This document shows positions 34,414-43,468 of a DNA stretch of 64,000 bases, in pieces. The first letter of the stretch is position 1; every line of letters starts with the position of its first letter. Under the pieces are notes generated by a model. It saw nothing but the letters and a program-made list of their open reading frames with translations, was not told the origin of the DNA and made no database searches. The translations under genes and the position numbers were made by a program. The DNA lies in IMG/VR virus record IMGVR_UViG_3300042366_001770, positions 1 to 64,000 of that record; one strand, written 5' to 3'. Source of the DNA: a virus (taxonomy: Duplodnaviria; Caudoviricetes).

Positions 34414-34486
34414 TGACCCCACGGGGATTCGAACCCCGATACTTGGAACGAAAATCCAAGGTCCTAAACCGTTAGACGATGGGGCC
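34414..34486 (-). tRNA. tRNA-Glu(UUC)
   Basis: GGCCCCATCGTCTAACGG..AGGAC; anticodon arm TTGGA-TTTTCGT-TCCAA; T loop TTCGAAT. Confidence 0.9.
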
Positions 34487-34526
34487 AGCCACCGTAACTC
34501 AAACGTCAGCCTCCGAAGCATAAAAG

Positions 34527-34602
34527 TAGGGCGTGTACGAGTCGAACGTACCTATGAACACCTTATAAGAGTGTCGGATGCAACCGGCTTACCTTACGCC
34601 CC
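34527..34602 (-). tRNA. tRNA-Ile(UAU) with atypical D arm
   Basis: Acceptor GGGGCGT/ACGCCCT-A; anticodon arm ACACT-CTTATAA-GGTGT; T arm GTACG-TTCGACT-CGTAC; A at position 8 and a weak D stem. Confidence 0.75.
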
Positions 34603-34653
34603 GTGTGTTCTATTCTACATTCGTTATCGGCAGTTGTCAACCCCAACCTTTAG

Positions 34654-34740
34654 CGGAATCTGAGGGATTCGAACCCCCGGAGGATTTTAACCCTCGGCGG
34701 TTTAGTAAACCGCTGCCTTAAACCACTCGGCCAAGATTCC
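34654..34740 (-). tRNA. tRNA-Ser(ACU) with long variable arm
   Basis: GGAATCT/AGATTCC with G73; anticodon arm GCGGT-TTACTAA-ACCGC; variable arm GAGGG-TTAAAA-TCCTC. Confidence 0.9.
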
Positions 34741-34743
34741 AAA

Positions 34744-34815
34744 CTGTCCGACTAGGATTCGAACCTAGAACCAAGCGGTTAACAGCCGCCTACTCTACCG
34801 TTGAGCTATCGGACA
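34744..34815 (-). tRNA. tRNA-Asn(GUU)
   Basis: TGTCCGA/TCGGACA-G; anticodon loop CTGTTAA. Confidence 0.95.
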
Positions 34816-34825
34816 TCATTTACAA

Positions 34826-34896
34826 TTCCGGGGCTAGGATTCGAACCCAGACAAAGAGAACCAAAATCTCTAGTGCTACCGTTACACTACCCCGGA
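34826..34896 (-). tRNA. tRNA-Gln(UUG)
   Basis: TCCGGGG/CCCCGGA; anticodon arm AGAGA-TTTTGGT-TCTCT. Confidence 0.92.
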
Positions 34897-34897
34897 G

Positions 34898-34969
34898 AGC
34901 CGACAGAGGGAATCGAACCCCCGACAGGTTGTTTACAAAACAACTACTCTACCACTGAGTTACGTCGGC
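34898..34969 (-). tRNA. tRNA-Thr(UGU)
   Basis: GCCGACG/TGTCGGC; anticodon arm GTTGT-TTTGTAA-ACAAC. Confidence 0.93.
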
Positions 34970-35683
34970 TTGCAAGACTCGCCATCTCTGACGAGTCAAG
35001 ATCCCTCTATCCACATGGGTAGACAGGACGCTTACATATCATACTCTCGATCCTAGGTCTTGTCCAGCCTCTACCACTTTTATAATTTCCCAAGATTCCA
35101 TATACCTAGTATTTTCATCTGGATGGCATGGTAGAAGTTGTACACACTTTCTTTTAGCATCTGTTTTAGATTCGCAATCACGCATCACAATTTGCACTGT
35201 AATATAGTGATACATTATTCATACTCCTTTTGCCATGAACGCTCAATATCTCGGCGTGTGCGAAGGCGCTTGGGTCTGTTGTCCATAACCGTATCCCGAT
35301 GCTCCTTGTGTCCCTGTCGAACCTCCCACGGCATAACTTTCTTGACCTTGATGATGTTGCGTCGTGGTCGCTGCATATCGTCGTTGTTGTGGAGCGTAAT
35401 CATGCCATTGTCCATTTTCGTGTAAGTAAAAAACCTTCTCAACATTAGGATCGTAAGCCATTAGACAGTATTGTATCGGATAGACTGGTTTTGTCAATAC
35501 TTGTTTTTGTGGCAGTTTTGGTAATTTTATATCACCTTTTTGATAATCTTTTACACCATTATAAGCAAAACCTAACAGAGCAATAATCACTCCAATCCAT
35601 TGAATCATCCGTTCGCTTCTCCTTCTGCGTGGTATCATCATACTCTATGTATCGACGTCTGTCAACACTCAACTTTAGAAAAT

Positions 35684-35765
35684 TCTAAAGTCTTTACGGC
35701 TAAGGACTTACGACGAATCCGGCCGGCCGTCTTTCTCCTAAGTCTTTATTCTTAAAGAGTTTAGG
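35684..35765. repeat. 82-bp double-dyad element, copy 3
   Basis: Boxes at 35684-35712 and 35737-35765; centre CCGGCCGGCCG. Confidence 0.9.
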
Positions 35766-35821
35766 AGCAGCTCACAAGCCTTCAAAAAATCTTCCGTAGT
35801 TTTTGCGTCATCTTTCATAAA

Positions 35822-35893
35822 TAGCCCCGGCAGGAATCGAACCTGCATCTAGAGATTAGAAGTCACTTATTCTATCCATTGAACTACGGGGCC
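35822..35893 (-). tRNA. tRNA-Arg(UCU)
   Basis: GGCCCCG/CGGGGCT-A; anticodon loop CTTCTAA; T loop TTCGATT. Confidence 0.92.
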
Positions 35894-35900
35894 GTCAATA

Positions 35901-36126
35901 CTGCAAGCCCCTACGGCGTCCCATAGAGGCTATGCAGCTTGATGGTGTTATCGTCTTACCATCCTATCATAATTATACGCTAGAGGGTCGATAACTTCAA
36001 CGGAACCACCCGTTTTATCTGGTTGGTTAGACCCTCTCTAGGTTGCACCTTGGGCACTGCAACGAGCCTCATACGCGGGTTTTACCCCGCCGCACTGTGC
36101 CTAAATGCTATTTATACTGGCACAGT
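35901..36126 (-). ncRNA. Candidate structured ncRNA (about six consecutive hairpins)
   Basis: No plausible minus-strand ORF; G.U-compatible stems on the minus strand, e.g. AGCCTCTATGG-GACG-CCGTAGGGGCT. Confidence 0.5.
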
Positions 36127-36140
36127 CCAGTTTGTCAATG

Positions 36141-36455
36141 TCAGGCGGTTGCCTCCGCAGCCACCTTGGATGACTTAGCCTTGTGGCCGTCGCCAGCCTC
36201 CTTGACACCGATACCGAACTTACGATTACGAGCAACCTTCCAACCCTGCTCGCTATACTCCTTCACACCATCGGCCTTGACGAGAGCAAGAGTCTCCTCG
36301 GGCAGACCGTCAGTAAGAGCCTGACGAAGCGTATCCTCAATAACGTCCGTATCCAGACCATCGGCAGCAATCGTCACGTTGAAACTAAAAGCCTTCATAG
36401 TAAACCTCCAAGTAGTAAAGTAAACCAAACTGGAACCAACATAACCAGTATACAT
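36141..36455 (-). CDS. Hypothetical protein (probable start MKAFSF)
   Basis: GGAGG RBS upstream of the internal Met; promoter at about 36447-36475. Confidence 0.65.
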   Translation of the reverse strand: MYTGYVGSSLVYFTTWRFTMKAFSFNVTIAADGLDTDVIEDTLRQALTDGLPEETLALVKADGVKEYSEQGWKVARNRKFGIGVKEAGDGHKAKSSKVAAEATA

Positions 36456-36604
36456 AACTGATTACCGCTTGTCAAGTCTGCCATGAAGGTTTCTAGCGTT
36501 GGCATCGTGGCAGCCACTTGCGTTGCGTTTCTATCATTCTACCCTAGTGTATCGTCACTGTCAAGTCCTTCTCTTGAATGAAAATTCGTTTTTCTTTGAT
36601 TTGT

Positions 36605-36686
36605 TGCAAAGTGTTATCACATAAGCACTTACGTCAAAATGTTGCGGCTGGCCTTGCCCTAAGTTGTTTAGGGTCAAGGCTTTATG
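36605..36686. repeat. 82-bp double-dyad element, copy 4
   Basis: Boxes at 36605-36633 and 36658-36686. Confidence 0.88.
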
Positions 36687-37046
36687 TCAAGCAGGGGTTG
36701 TCCAGCAAGAACAACCGAGCTTCTCCAAAGACTCGCTCAATTCACGAGCCTTCTCGGCAGTCATAGTAGGAGTATAATACGTCCTACCATTATGCATACA
36801 GTTTTCAACCCAATCCTTCGCCTCTCGAAGACCCCAGCCCGTAGAGAGCCTCAAGCTTTTGATGGCTGCTATCTTGTGGTCCCAAAACTGACCATCATAC
36901 CTCACACCATTACAGGCCACCATCATCATGGTATTGCCGGTAGCCTCTTCAATGGCCTTGATGATCCTCTCATACAGATCACCAGTGCAACTGGAGCTAG
37001 AAGCCAGAGCAACCATCTCACGAATCGTCATACCAATATTAATCAT
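36687..37046 (-). CDS. Ribosomal protein bL12 (L7/L12) C-terminal-domain-like protein
   Basis: KIAAIKSLRLSTGWGLREAKDWVE..TAEKARELSESLEKLG resembles the bL12 C-terminal domain signature KI.VIK.VR..TGLGLKEAK.LVE. Confidence 0.7.
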   Translation of the reverse strand: MINIGMTIREMVALASSSSCTGDLYERIIKAIEEATGNTMMMVACNGVRYDGQFWDHKIAAIKSLRLSTGWGLREAKDWVENCMHNGRTYYTPTMTAEKARELSESLEKLGCSCWTTPA

Positions 37047-37881
37047 GTTCTTTCCTCCAAAACGTAAACTTGTTTGCCACTAGTAACTAGCGTAGCGTAT
37101 TCGCTATTATCCCAAATAAACTCGTTGCTATCGCTTTCTCGTCGCCAGTACGGGTCACGAATAGGATTATAATACAACTTCTCAAGATTGTCAACTGGCA
37201 TTTGTCGAACAGGACGAACCTCTTCACACTTTACCCAGCCACTAACATCATGCACACCAGCCTCAAATACCTGCTTGGCCTTATTGGGGCGATTCACCAG
37301 CTTGCATCCAACCATCTCCAATTGGTATTCGGTCGGATTGTAGTAGTATACATCTACTTTTTTGCTACCTTGCATAATCTTTATCTGCCAGTGCATATAG
37401 TTTTTGCCACTAGACAGATGGAATCGAACTTCGGCGTGTAACTTATTCTGTTTCATCTTCCTCATCATCCATGCCCCCAAACATATCTTTCCAGCAGTTA
37501 CCACAAGTACCACTAATTAACAACTCACGCTCATCAGCACTAAGATAGGGCAACTTATCTTGAATATACCCTGAGCCACTAGTCCAGTCAAGAAAATCCT
37601 GTTCATTTACCCACAAAATATATTCGGCCCCACAATGAACACAAGAGGCCACCAACTGTCGATCTCTATCAGCAAAAGCAACCATAAAAGTTCTCCTGTC
37701 TGCACAATATACTTTATCGAGTCACTCTTGTCAAGACCCCTACTTCTGACTGACTATCAGCAACGGCAGCGAATCCGTAGGATTAGCAAAGACAAACAGT
37801 CGGGTTATGCCATACTCGGCCTTGCATTTAACCGTGGCTTCTTTGATATCATTCTGCCAGCGGCCCGCATCTGTTTGCTAG

Positions 37882-37954
37882 TAGGAGCGGTGGGATTCGA
37901 ACCCACACTTGAAGGATTTTAAGTCCTTTGACTCTGCCGTTGGTCTACGCTCCC
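37882..37954 (-). tRNA. tRNA-Leu(UAA) with short variable region
   Basis: GGGAGCG/CGCTCCT-A; anticodon arm AAGGA-CTTAAAA-TCCTT; T loop TTCGAAT. Confidence 0.9.
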
Positions 37955-38009
37955 ATGCTTCAATTATACATATAGTATCGGTACAGTCAAGAGAGAATCT
38001 TGAAAAAAT

Positions 38010-38091
38010 CCTAAGTGGCTTATATCCAAGGACTTACGACGAATTCGGCCGGCCCGGTTTGCCATAAGTCTTTATGTGTCAATCATTTGCG
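38010..38091. repeat. 82-bp double-dyad element, copy 5
   Basis: Boxes at 38010-38038 and 38063-38091; centre CGGCCGGCCCGG. Confidence 0.9.
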
Positions 38092-39261
38092 ACATACCAC
38101 CAGTGGCACTGCTGGCAAAACTTCCAGATCAGACCGTACTTGTCGTATTTCCACACAAGATTATCACACATGCCACACGGACAAATATCACTAAGAGTTT
38201 TGAGTTCCATATTTAGTAGTCGTACAAATCCTTAGTATATTCTTTTGGTATAATAGGACACCAACCCTTGGCTCGCTCCTCATCATATGGAAGCCAGAAT
38301 GGAGCATCACAAGCGTCAACAAATCCAAAATCCACATTCTTGAATGTGTGTGGACACAGTTCTATAGGATTAGCACTGTCCTCATAAAGTGTTCGTTCCT
38401 CATACTTATAATGCCCAATACCTATACCGATATGAGGGCCAAAGTAGTAAATTTTCTCACCATTCTTGGGCGGATTCTTATGAGAATTATTCCATTCCAT
38501 TATTTTTCCCTCGTAACAATCAAGCATTGTGTACCAGTATCACCATCAGTAAACTTCACACACTCATGCGGCCCATAATACCAAGCATCATTCTTGGAGA
38601 AATTGAATACAATCTCCTCTGTCTTTAGATTGACATCATTATACCCACCCTCATAACCAAGGGTAAGAACCCGCATATCGCCCGGATAGTTCTTCAACTG
38701 CTCAATAAGTTCGTTAACGGTCATTTCTTTTTCCTTTTGATGCTTTTCAAGTATATGGGAGACTTTTGATATGGCTTAGTCACAATCTCTATTTCACGAA
38801 TATCAATCGGCCTACCGTAAAACTCTGCATCATTATAATATGATCGTGCAATCTTTTCAGTCTTACAAATCATCTCAATAGATTCATGGATGCTAGCAGC
38901 CCCATACTCACAAACGATAGCGTAGGCTTTCATTTCATAAACCCCACAGAAATAAGATTAGCCAGACAAACAGTTAGAAGTCCAACCACCAAACCCACAT
39001 TAGTATATCCCACCAAATACCCAATACAAGTAGTTGCAATAATATAACTAATAGGCACAGTATTTTGTCGGATAAACTTCATTATACCCTCATTGCTATC
39101 TTTTCGTATTCACTAATCAAGTCTGATACCGTTATACCATGCTCTTCTGCTAAAGTCAATGCCTCTTTCTTGGCAGGACTCATAATCATCATAGGATTCT
39201 TTAGAACCCTGAGAACTTTAATAATCGCTTCTTCTTTAGTCATTCTTTTTCCTTTGTATTA

Positions 39262-39680
39262 AACCCAGCGGATCATTTACGCCCCGATCCTATAACCCAT
39301 ACGATTGCCCTTGTCAGGACCGGATGGAAACCGCCCACGGAAATCCTCCCTGCAAAGTGATAGTCTGCTAGCAACAGTCACTTTGGTCTGGCTCTTGGGA
39401 GCGGTTACTGGTTGTTCGGTATCCGGCTGTTATTTCAGTGATTCTACCCGATGAAAGATAGAACGCAAGCGTAATGTTGCGGTGTTAATTCACTCTATTA
39501 CCCGATGAAGGATAATTCCGGATTGTATGGTCGTGGTGAGGACGCGATCCCCCATAGATTGGCACTACTATCCAACGTATAAGCCCGTTGGCAACCTTTC
39601 CGATGCATTGCATACGGTAGGTTTATCGTAATGGCTTATCCCAACCTAGCCCTACATTGGCCCACGAATGTTTGTGTTGT
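39262..39680 (-). ncRNA. Candidate large (~420 nt) structured ncRNA with its own promoter
   Basis: ORF-free, GC-richer stretch directly downstream of TTGACA-N17-TAGAAT (39687-39715); many stems; two hairpins share the loop UUCAUC. Confidence 0.6.
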
Positions 39681-39752
39681 GCTGTCATTCTACAAGTATT
39701 ATCGTCACTTGTCAAGAGGCTTCTATAGGAATTCTGGAAAAAATTCTGTTGA

Positions 39753-39834
39753 TGCAACCCTATATCACACAAGCACTTACGTCAACATCCTGCGGCCAGC
39801 CTCGTCGTAAGTCCTTTACGATCAAGGCTTTAGG
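39753..39834. repeat. 82-bp double-dyad element, copy 6
   Basis: Boxes at 39753-39781 and 39806-39834. Confidence 0.88.
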
Positions 39835-40069
39835 TCTACTCCAAACTCCAGCCCGCATCCTTCAAGATATGCGAAGTGTGTAAAACGGTAGTTAAACCAT
39901 CAGCATTAGTATAGTCTTTATAGCTTCGCTCATCCAAATAGATATGCTCATCTAGCACATCATTATCATTTAATTCCCATATAGCATCCATAGCAGCATA
40001 TCGTGGAGCCTTGTTGCATGAGTAGATTAGTTCCAATGTTCCACACTTGATATAGTATTTAGCCATGAT

Positions 40070-40708
40070 TTACCTTTCGGGATTAGCATATTGGCGACAA
40101 CATACACAGTTGCACGATCCATAGTTTTCTTCGTCGTCAGACTGAAACTCTCCATAAATACTCTCATCCCAACCATCAAAACTTTCAATACCAACATCTA
40201 TTACGACGGGAATCCACTGTCGATTACGTCGAACATATCCAAAGTTCGCACGATGATGGTCACTATAAGCCAATCCATAAAAATCTAACATACCCACAAT
40301 ATCTGCTATGATACTACTATTTCTACAATCACTATCATAACACTCACCATCACAATATTCATCATTACAGTATGCCATAGGTCGGGCAATTTCTGTAAGG
40401 TATCCATAACCGGTCAATTCACCATCATAACCAGACTTCTGGATTCGTCCTACTTGACCATAAACCTTGGGGGCTAAATCTTTATCTGCTAAAATACTCT
40501 GAATCTTATACGCAAAGTCTGCTTCATTTTTATTTTCAAACTCTTTGAATCCAATACGCTTTTTGCCAAACCTACGTTGTGGGATAATGTAAAAAGCATT
40601 TTTGCTTCCAGCATCATCATATTGTCCAATATATACAGACATAAAAACCTCAGTGTGATGGAAACAGCACGTTAGCCAATCCACGCGGACACAAGTCACA
40701 GTGTACAC
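40070..40708 (-). CDS. Protein-kinase-like fold protein (probable start MSVYIG)
   Basis: GFKEF (Lys), LAPKVYG, catalytic-loop-like YSDHHRANFG and VIDVG (DFG-like). Confidence 0.6.
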   Translation of the reverse strand: MYTVTCVRVDWLTCCFHHTEVFMSVYIGQYDDAGSKNAFYIIPQRRFGKKRIGFKEFENKNEADFAYKIQSILADKDLAPKVYGQVGRIQKSGYDGELTGYGYLTEIARPMAYCNDEYCDGECYDSDCRNSSIIADIVGMLDFYGLAYSDHHRANFGYVRRNRQWIPVVIDVGIESFDGWDESIYGEFQSDDEENYGSCNCVCCRQYANPER

Positions 40709-41405
40709 TATTCTTCGTTTGTGTACAAGTCACAACACCACGACCACGACGGATTTCCGGGCAAGTGATAAACTTCTCACCTTCCAGTACAACCAGTTTC
40801 GGCAACGCTGCTCGCCACGCTGCGGCTTTAGCCTTACCACGCGGACGCTTCGGTGCAATTTTAGTATCACTATCACACCATGCAAACAGTTTGAAACCAG
40901 CAGCCTTAGCCTGTCGCATATCTTCGCCGTCATGAATACTAGCATACATATTTATATACTTGCCAAGTTCGGTAGATAAACGACTATCATAAATATGGGT
41001 ATAAGCCCACATAGTCGGCAGACTACCACCACTAGCAAGAATACTCTCACACGCCCACAGTACGTTATCTACATACTCGGTGTCGAGACTACCATCCTTG
41101 AAAAAGTCGCCACGCTCATGCCAGCGGACATCTTTGTTTTTCTTGACCGCATCCACAAGCATAGAGCGGATACGATTCTTTTCTGTGATAAGATTCTGCA
41201 TACCAGCAGGACGCACACCGGGATAGATATTTTCCAAGTCCTCGGCATAGCAGCCGTTTCCGAGAAAATCACAATCGGGCGGGCAAGTATCACCAACGGG
41301 GCGACTCACCACAATGCAGTTTTCCTTACCCAACTTATCATTACCATTTGCTGTTTTCATCATTTCTCTCCTGTGTGCTGCTATCCTAGCATAGTTTATC
41401 GGCAA
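40650..41405 (-). CDS. Gp88-like phage protein (Cys-rich, radical-SAM-related)
   Basis: NDKLG, TCPPDC..GCYA, VRWHERGDF, WAYTH and TCP..C..C..C. Confidence 0.65.
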   Translation of the reverse strand: MPINYARIAAHRREMMKTANGNDKLGKENCIVVSRPVGDTCPPDCDFLGNGCYAEDLENIYPGVRPAGMQNLITEKNRIRSMLVDAVKKNKDVRWHERGDFFKDGSLDTEYVDNVLWACESILASGGSLPTMWAYTHIYDSRLSTELGKYINMYASIHDGEDMRQAKAAGFKLFAWCDSDTKIAPKRPRGKAKAAAWRAALPKLVVLEGEKFITCPEIRRGRGVVTCTQTKNSVHCDLCPRGLANVLFPSH

Positions 41406-41426
41406 GTCAAGAGGGAATCTTTAGAG

Positions 41427-41442
41427 AGCAAAGCGTGTGCCA
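41427..41442 (-). promoter_or_regulatory. sigma54-type -24/-12 site
   Basis: Minus strand TGGCACACGCTTTGCT (GG-N10-GC). Confidence 0.6.
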
Positions 41443-41466
41443 GTTGTTGCAGAAAATGAAGCAAGT

Positions 41467-41548
41467 CATAAAGTGTTTAGCCGCAAGAACTTACGACGAA
41501 CCCGGCCGGCCGAACTCGCCCTAAGTCCTCTTGGGCAAAGAACTTAGA
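41467..41548. repeat. 82-bp double-dyad element, copy 7
   Basis: Boxes at 41467-41495 and 41520-41548; centre CCGGCCGGCCG. Confidence 0.9.
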
Positions 41549-41557
41549 GCGATTCAC

Positions 41558-41731
41558 CTATTCGGCTTCGATAGGCTCGTCTGCGTAGTAGTTTGAGTTG
41601 GCAAGCACTTCCGGTCTAAACTTACTCAACTTCTTTTCCTTACACTCCACACACACCCTAGCCAGTGGAATACCCCTAGCATCACTTTCCCACCAACTGT
41701 TTTTGTTAGAGCCACATGGACAAGGTTTCAT
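41558..41731 (-). CDS. 57-aa Cys-rich hypothetical protein (not in the ORF track)
   Basis: MKPCPCGS..DARGIPLARVCVEC..; translationally coupled to 41728-41934. Confidence 0.6.
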   Translation of the reverse strand: MKPCPCGSNKNSWWESDARGIPLARVCVECKEKKLSKFRPEVLANSNYYADEPIEAE

Positions 41732-41930
41732 CCAACCAATCCTTTTACTGGGGTTTCATTAGGCATAGGAATATCATTGAGAGCCTTACGATAGCACTCT
41801 AAAATACCCTTCTTATACTCTTCATTAGTCATATTGTCAAGAGATATTCCATCCCATATCTGATAATCGCCACATCGCATAGATACGGCATCATGATACT
41901 TCTGCATTTCCTTGTCGCTAATCCACATTC

Positions 41931-42431
41931 TCATGTTTCAATCTCCTCTTCAGTAAAAAATTCACTAAGATTATAATCATCCCAAATACGCTTAGGAATC
42001 ATATCCTTATGAGTATACTCAACATAATGATCGTCTCCATCATGCCAGATACCACAGTAAGCCATACCCGGCTCAAAATACGTAGCCTCTACACTAAATC
42101 CAAGTTCTTGCAACTTTTCGTAGAGTCCAACCGGAGGACTCCACGCACTATCAAAAGCCATAGTGGCCTGATTACCCACAACGGTAGGTTTCAATCCATG
42201 GGCCTCATTATTATCACTACCAATATCCCACTTAGTACCCCAGTTATTTATGCACCAAGTATACCAGTAGTGTGGGCTAGATTCATCTGTGATAACCTCA
42301 CCCTTCTCATCTCTTGGCACGGGCAGATAATGGTCACAAACCTTGCCTTCCTTATAGGCAAGAACAAACTCCATAACCTTAGACCGATCATTATGCTCAA
42401 TCGTCAGATTATTCTGGCACCAATTAGGCAT
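41931..42431 (-). CDS. DUF1281/YubB (Api92-like) ferredoxin-fold protein
   Basis: MPNWCQN, WYTWCINNWGTKWD, FDSAWSPP and YFEPG. Confidence 0.75.
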   Translation of the reverse strand: MPNWCQNNLTIEHNDRSKVMEFVLAYKEGKVCDHYLPVPRDEKGEVITDESSPHYWYTWCINNWGTKWDIGSDNNEAHGLKPTVVGNQATMAFDSAWSPPVGLYEKLQELGFSVEATYFEPGMAYCGIWHDGDDHYVEYTHKDMIPKRIWDDYNLSEFFTEEEIET

Positions 42432-42906
42432 CTTTTCCCTTTCAGTTGACGCTTACTCGTTCATCACTCTTTCTACCATCCCTGAGAGCCACTGTCAAGG
42501 CCCCGCAAAAGAATTCATAAAAGGATGTCATCTCTTGCAAACACCCTTCATTATCTCCTTCAATAGCATGGGTAATCAACTTTTCTGCAAAATCTGCAAC
42601 CTGATTCCTAATCAACTGCTTGGTACATTCATGAAGCATATCTGTTCTCCGTATTCTGACTGACTACAGCCACTCTAGCCGAATCCGTAGGATTAGATGG
42701 TACACAATGTAGGCATCTTTCTACATACAATCCATGACCATATTTAGAATGAGCATATCTGATAGCGTCCCATTCACTAAAAGATTGAACATAACCGACC
42801 AAACGATTATGTTGCCACACAGCCCACAAATACGGTTTCATCTCTTTCTCCGTTTCGATCATTCTACTATAGAATATCGGCTTGTCAACAGCAAAACTTT
42901 AGTCGT

Positions 42907-42988
42907 CCTAAGTCCTTGTGGAATAACAACTTACAGCAAAATGCTGCGGCCGCACTCTCCCTAAGTCCTTGTGGTATAAGAACTTAGG
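42907..42988. repeat. 82-bp double-dyad element, copy 8
   Basis: Boxes at 42907-42935 and 42960-42988; centre TGCGGCCGCA. Confidence 0.9.
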
Positions 42989-43003
42989 AAGAGCGACCGG
43001 TTT

Positions 43004-43468
43004 TTAGAAAATCATCGCAGCCAAACCGCTCTTGAACAACGCCCCACCAAGGAGGGGGCGACGAACATTGCTAGTACGTTCGGCATAGAAGTTACGAATC
43101 TTACCATCCGGAGTTTGTGCAGTAACAAGGTGTGTGGTACGCACAAACTGATTGTCATGCTTACGATAACGGCTAGTACGATTCAGTCTCTGAATACTAT
43201 CTGCACTCAAACGATGCACACTAATAACCCTAGCCATAAAACGCTCAGGATCACCAGTTACTGGCTGTTCGTACTGAAAGTTATACACACCACCAATACG
43301 AGCATTACTCAGGGTATCGGCAGTACCACGATACACATGAAACAGGATGAAACCAACAACAGCAACAACACAACAAACCATACCAGCAATAACAAACTCG
43401 TTCATTTTCTTTTCCTTTCGATTAGTTAGAAGACACACCAAGCATACCACAAAAAAACTACTTGTCAA
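43004..43468 (-). CDS. Membrane-anchored protein with a WYL/SH3-like domain (probable start MNEFV)
   Basis: N-terminal TM helix; FQYEQP..ERF and LVTAQTPDGKIRNFYAER. Confidence 0.4.
   Translation of the reverse strand: MTSSFFVVCLVCLLTNRKEKKMNEFVIAGMVCCVVAVVGFILFHVYRGTADTLSNARIGGVYNFQYEQPVTGDPERFMARVISVHRLSADSIQRLNRTSRYRKHDNQFVRTTHLVTAQTPDGKIRNFYAERTSNVRRPLLGGALFKSGLAAMIF

Noticed and set aside
36499..36525. Additional sigma54-like site TGGCATCGTGGCAGC / TGGCAGCCACTTGC
   Set aside because: One reading lacks the TTGC -12 element and the other has 9-bp rather than 10-bp spacing.
37793..37877. Long hairpin directly 3' of tRNA-Leu as a separate ncRNA
   Set aside because: Only the outer stems (CAAACAG/CTGTTTG, CGGG/CCCG) pair convincingly and the wobble pairs favour the opposite strand, so support is insufficient.
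39262..39680. RNase P RNA or group I/II intron
   Set aside because: The conserved RNase P P4 segments (GAGGAAAGUCC, ACAGAA..CGGCUUA) and intron core or terminal motifs were not found, and no interrupted gene flanks the region.
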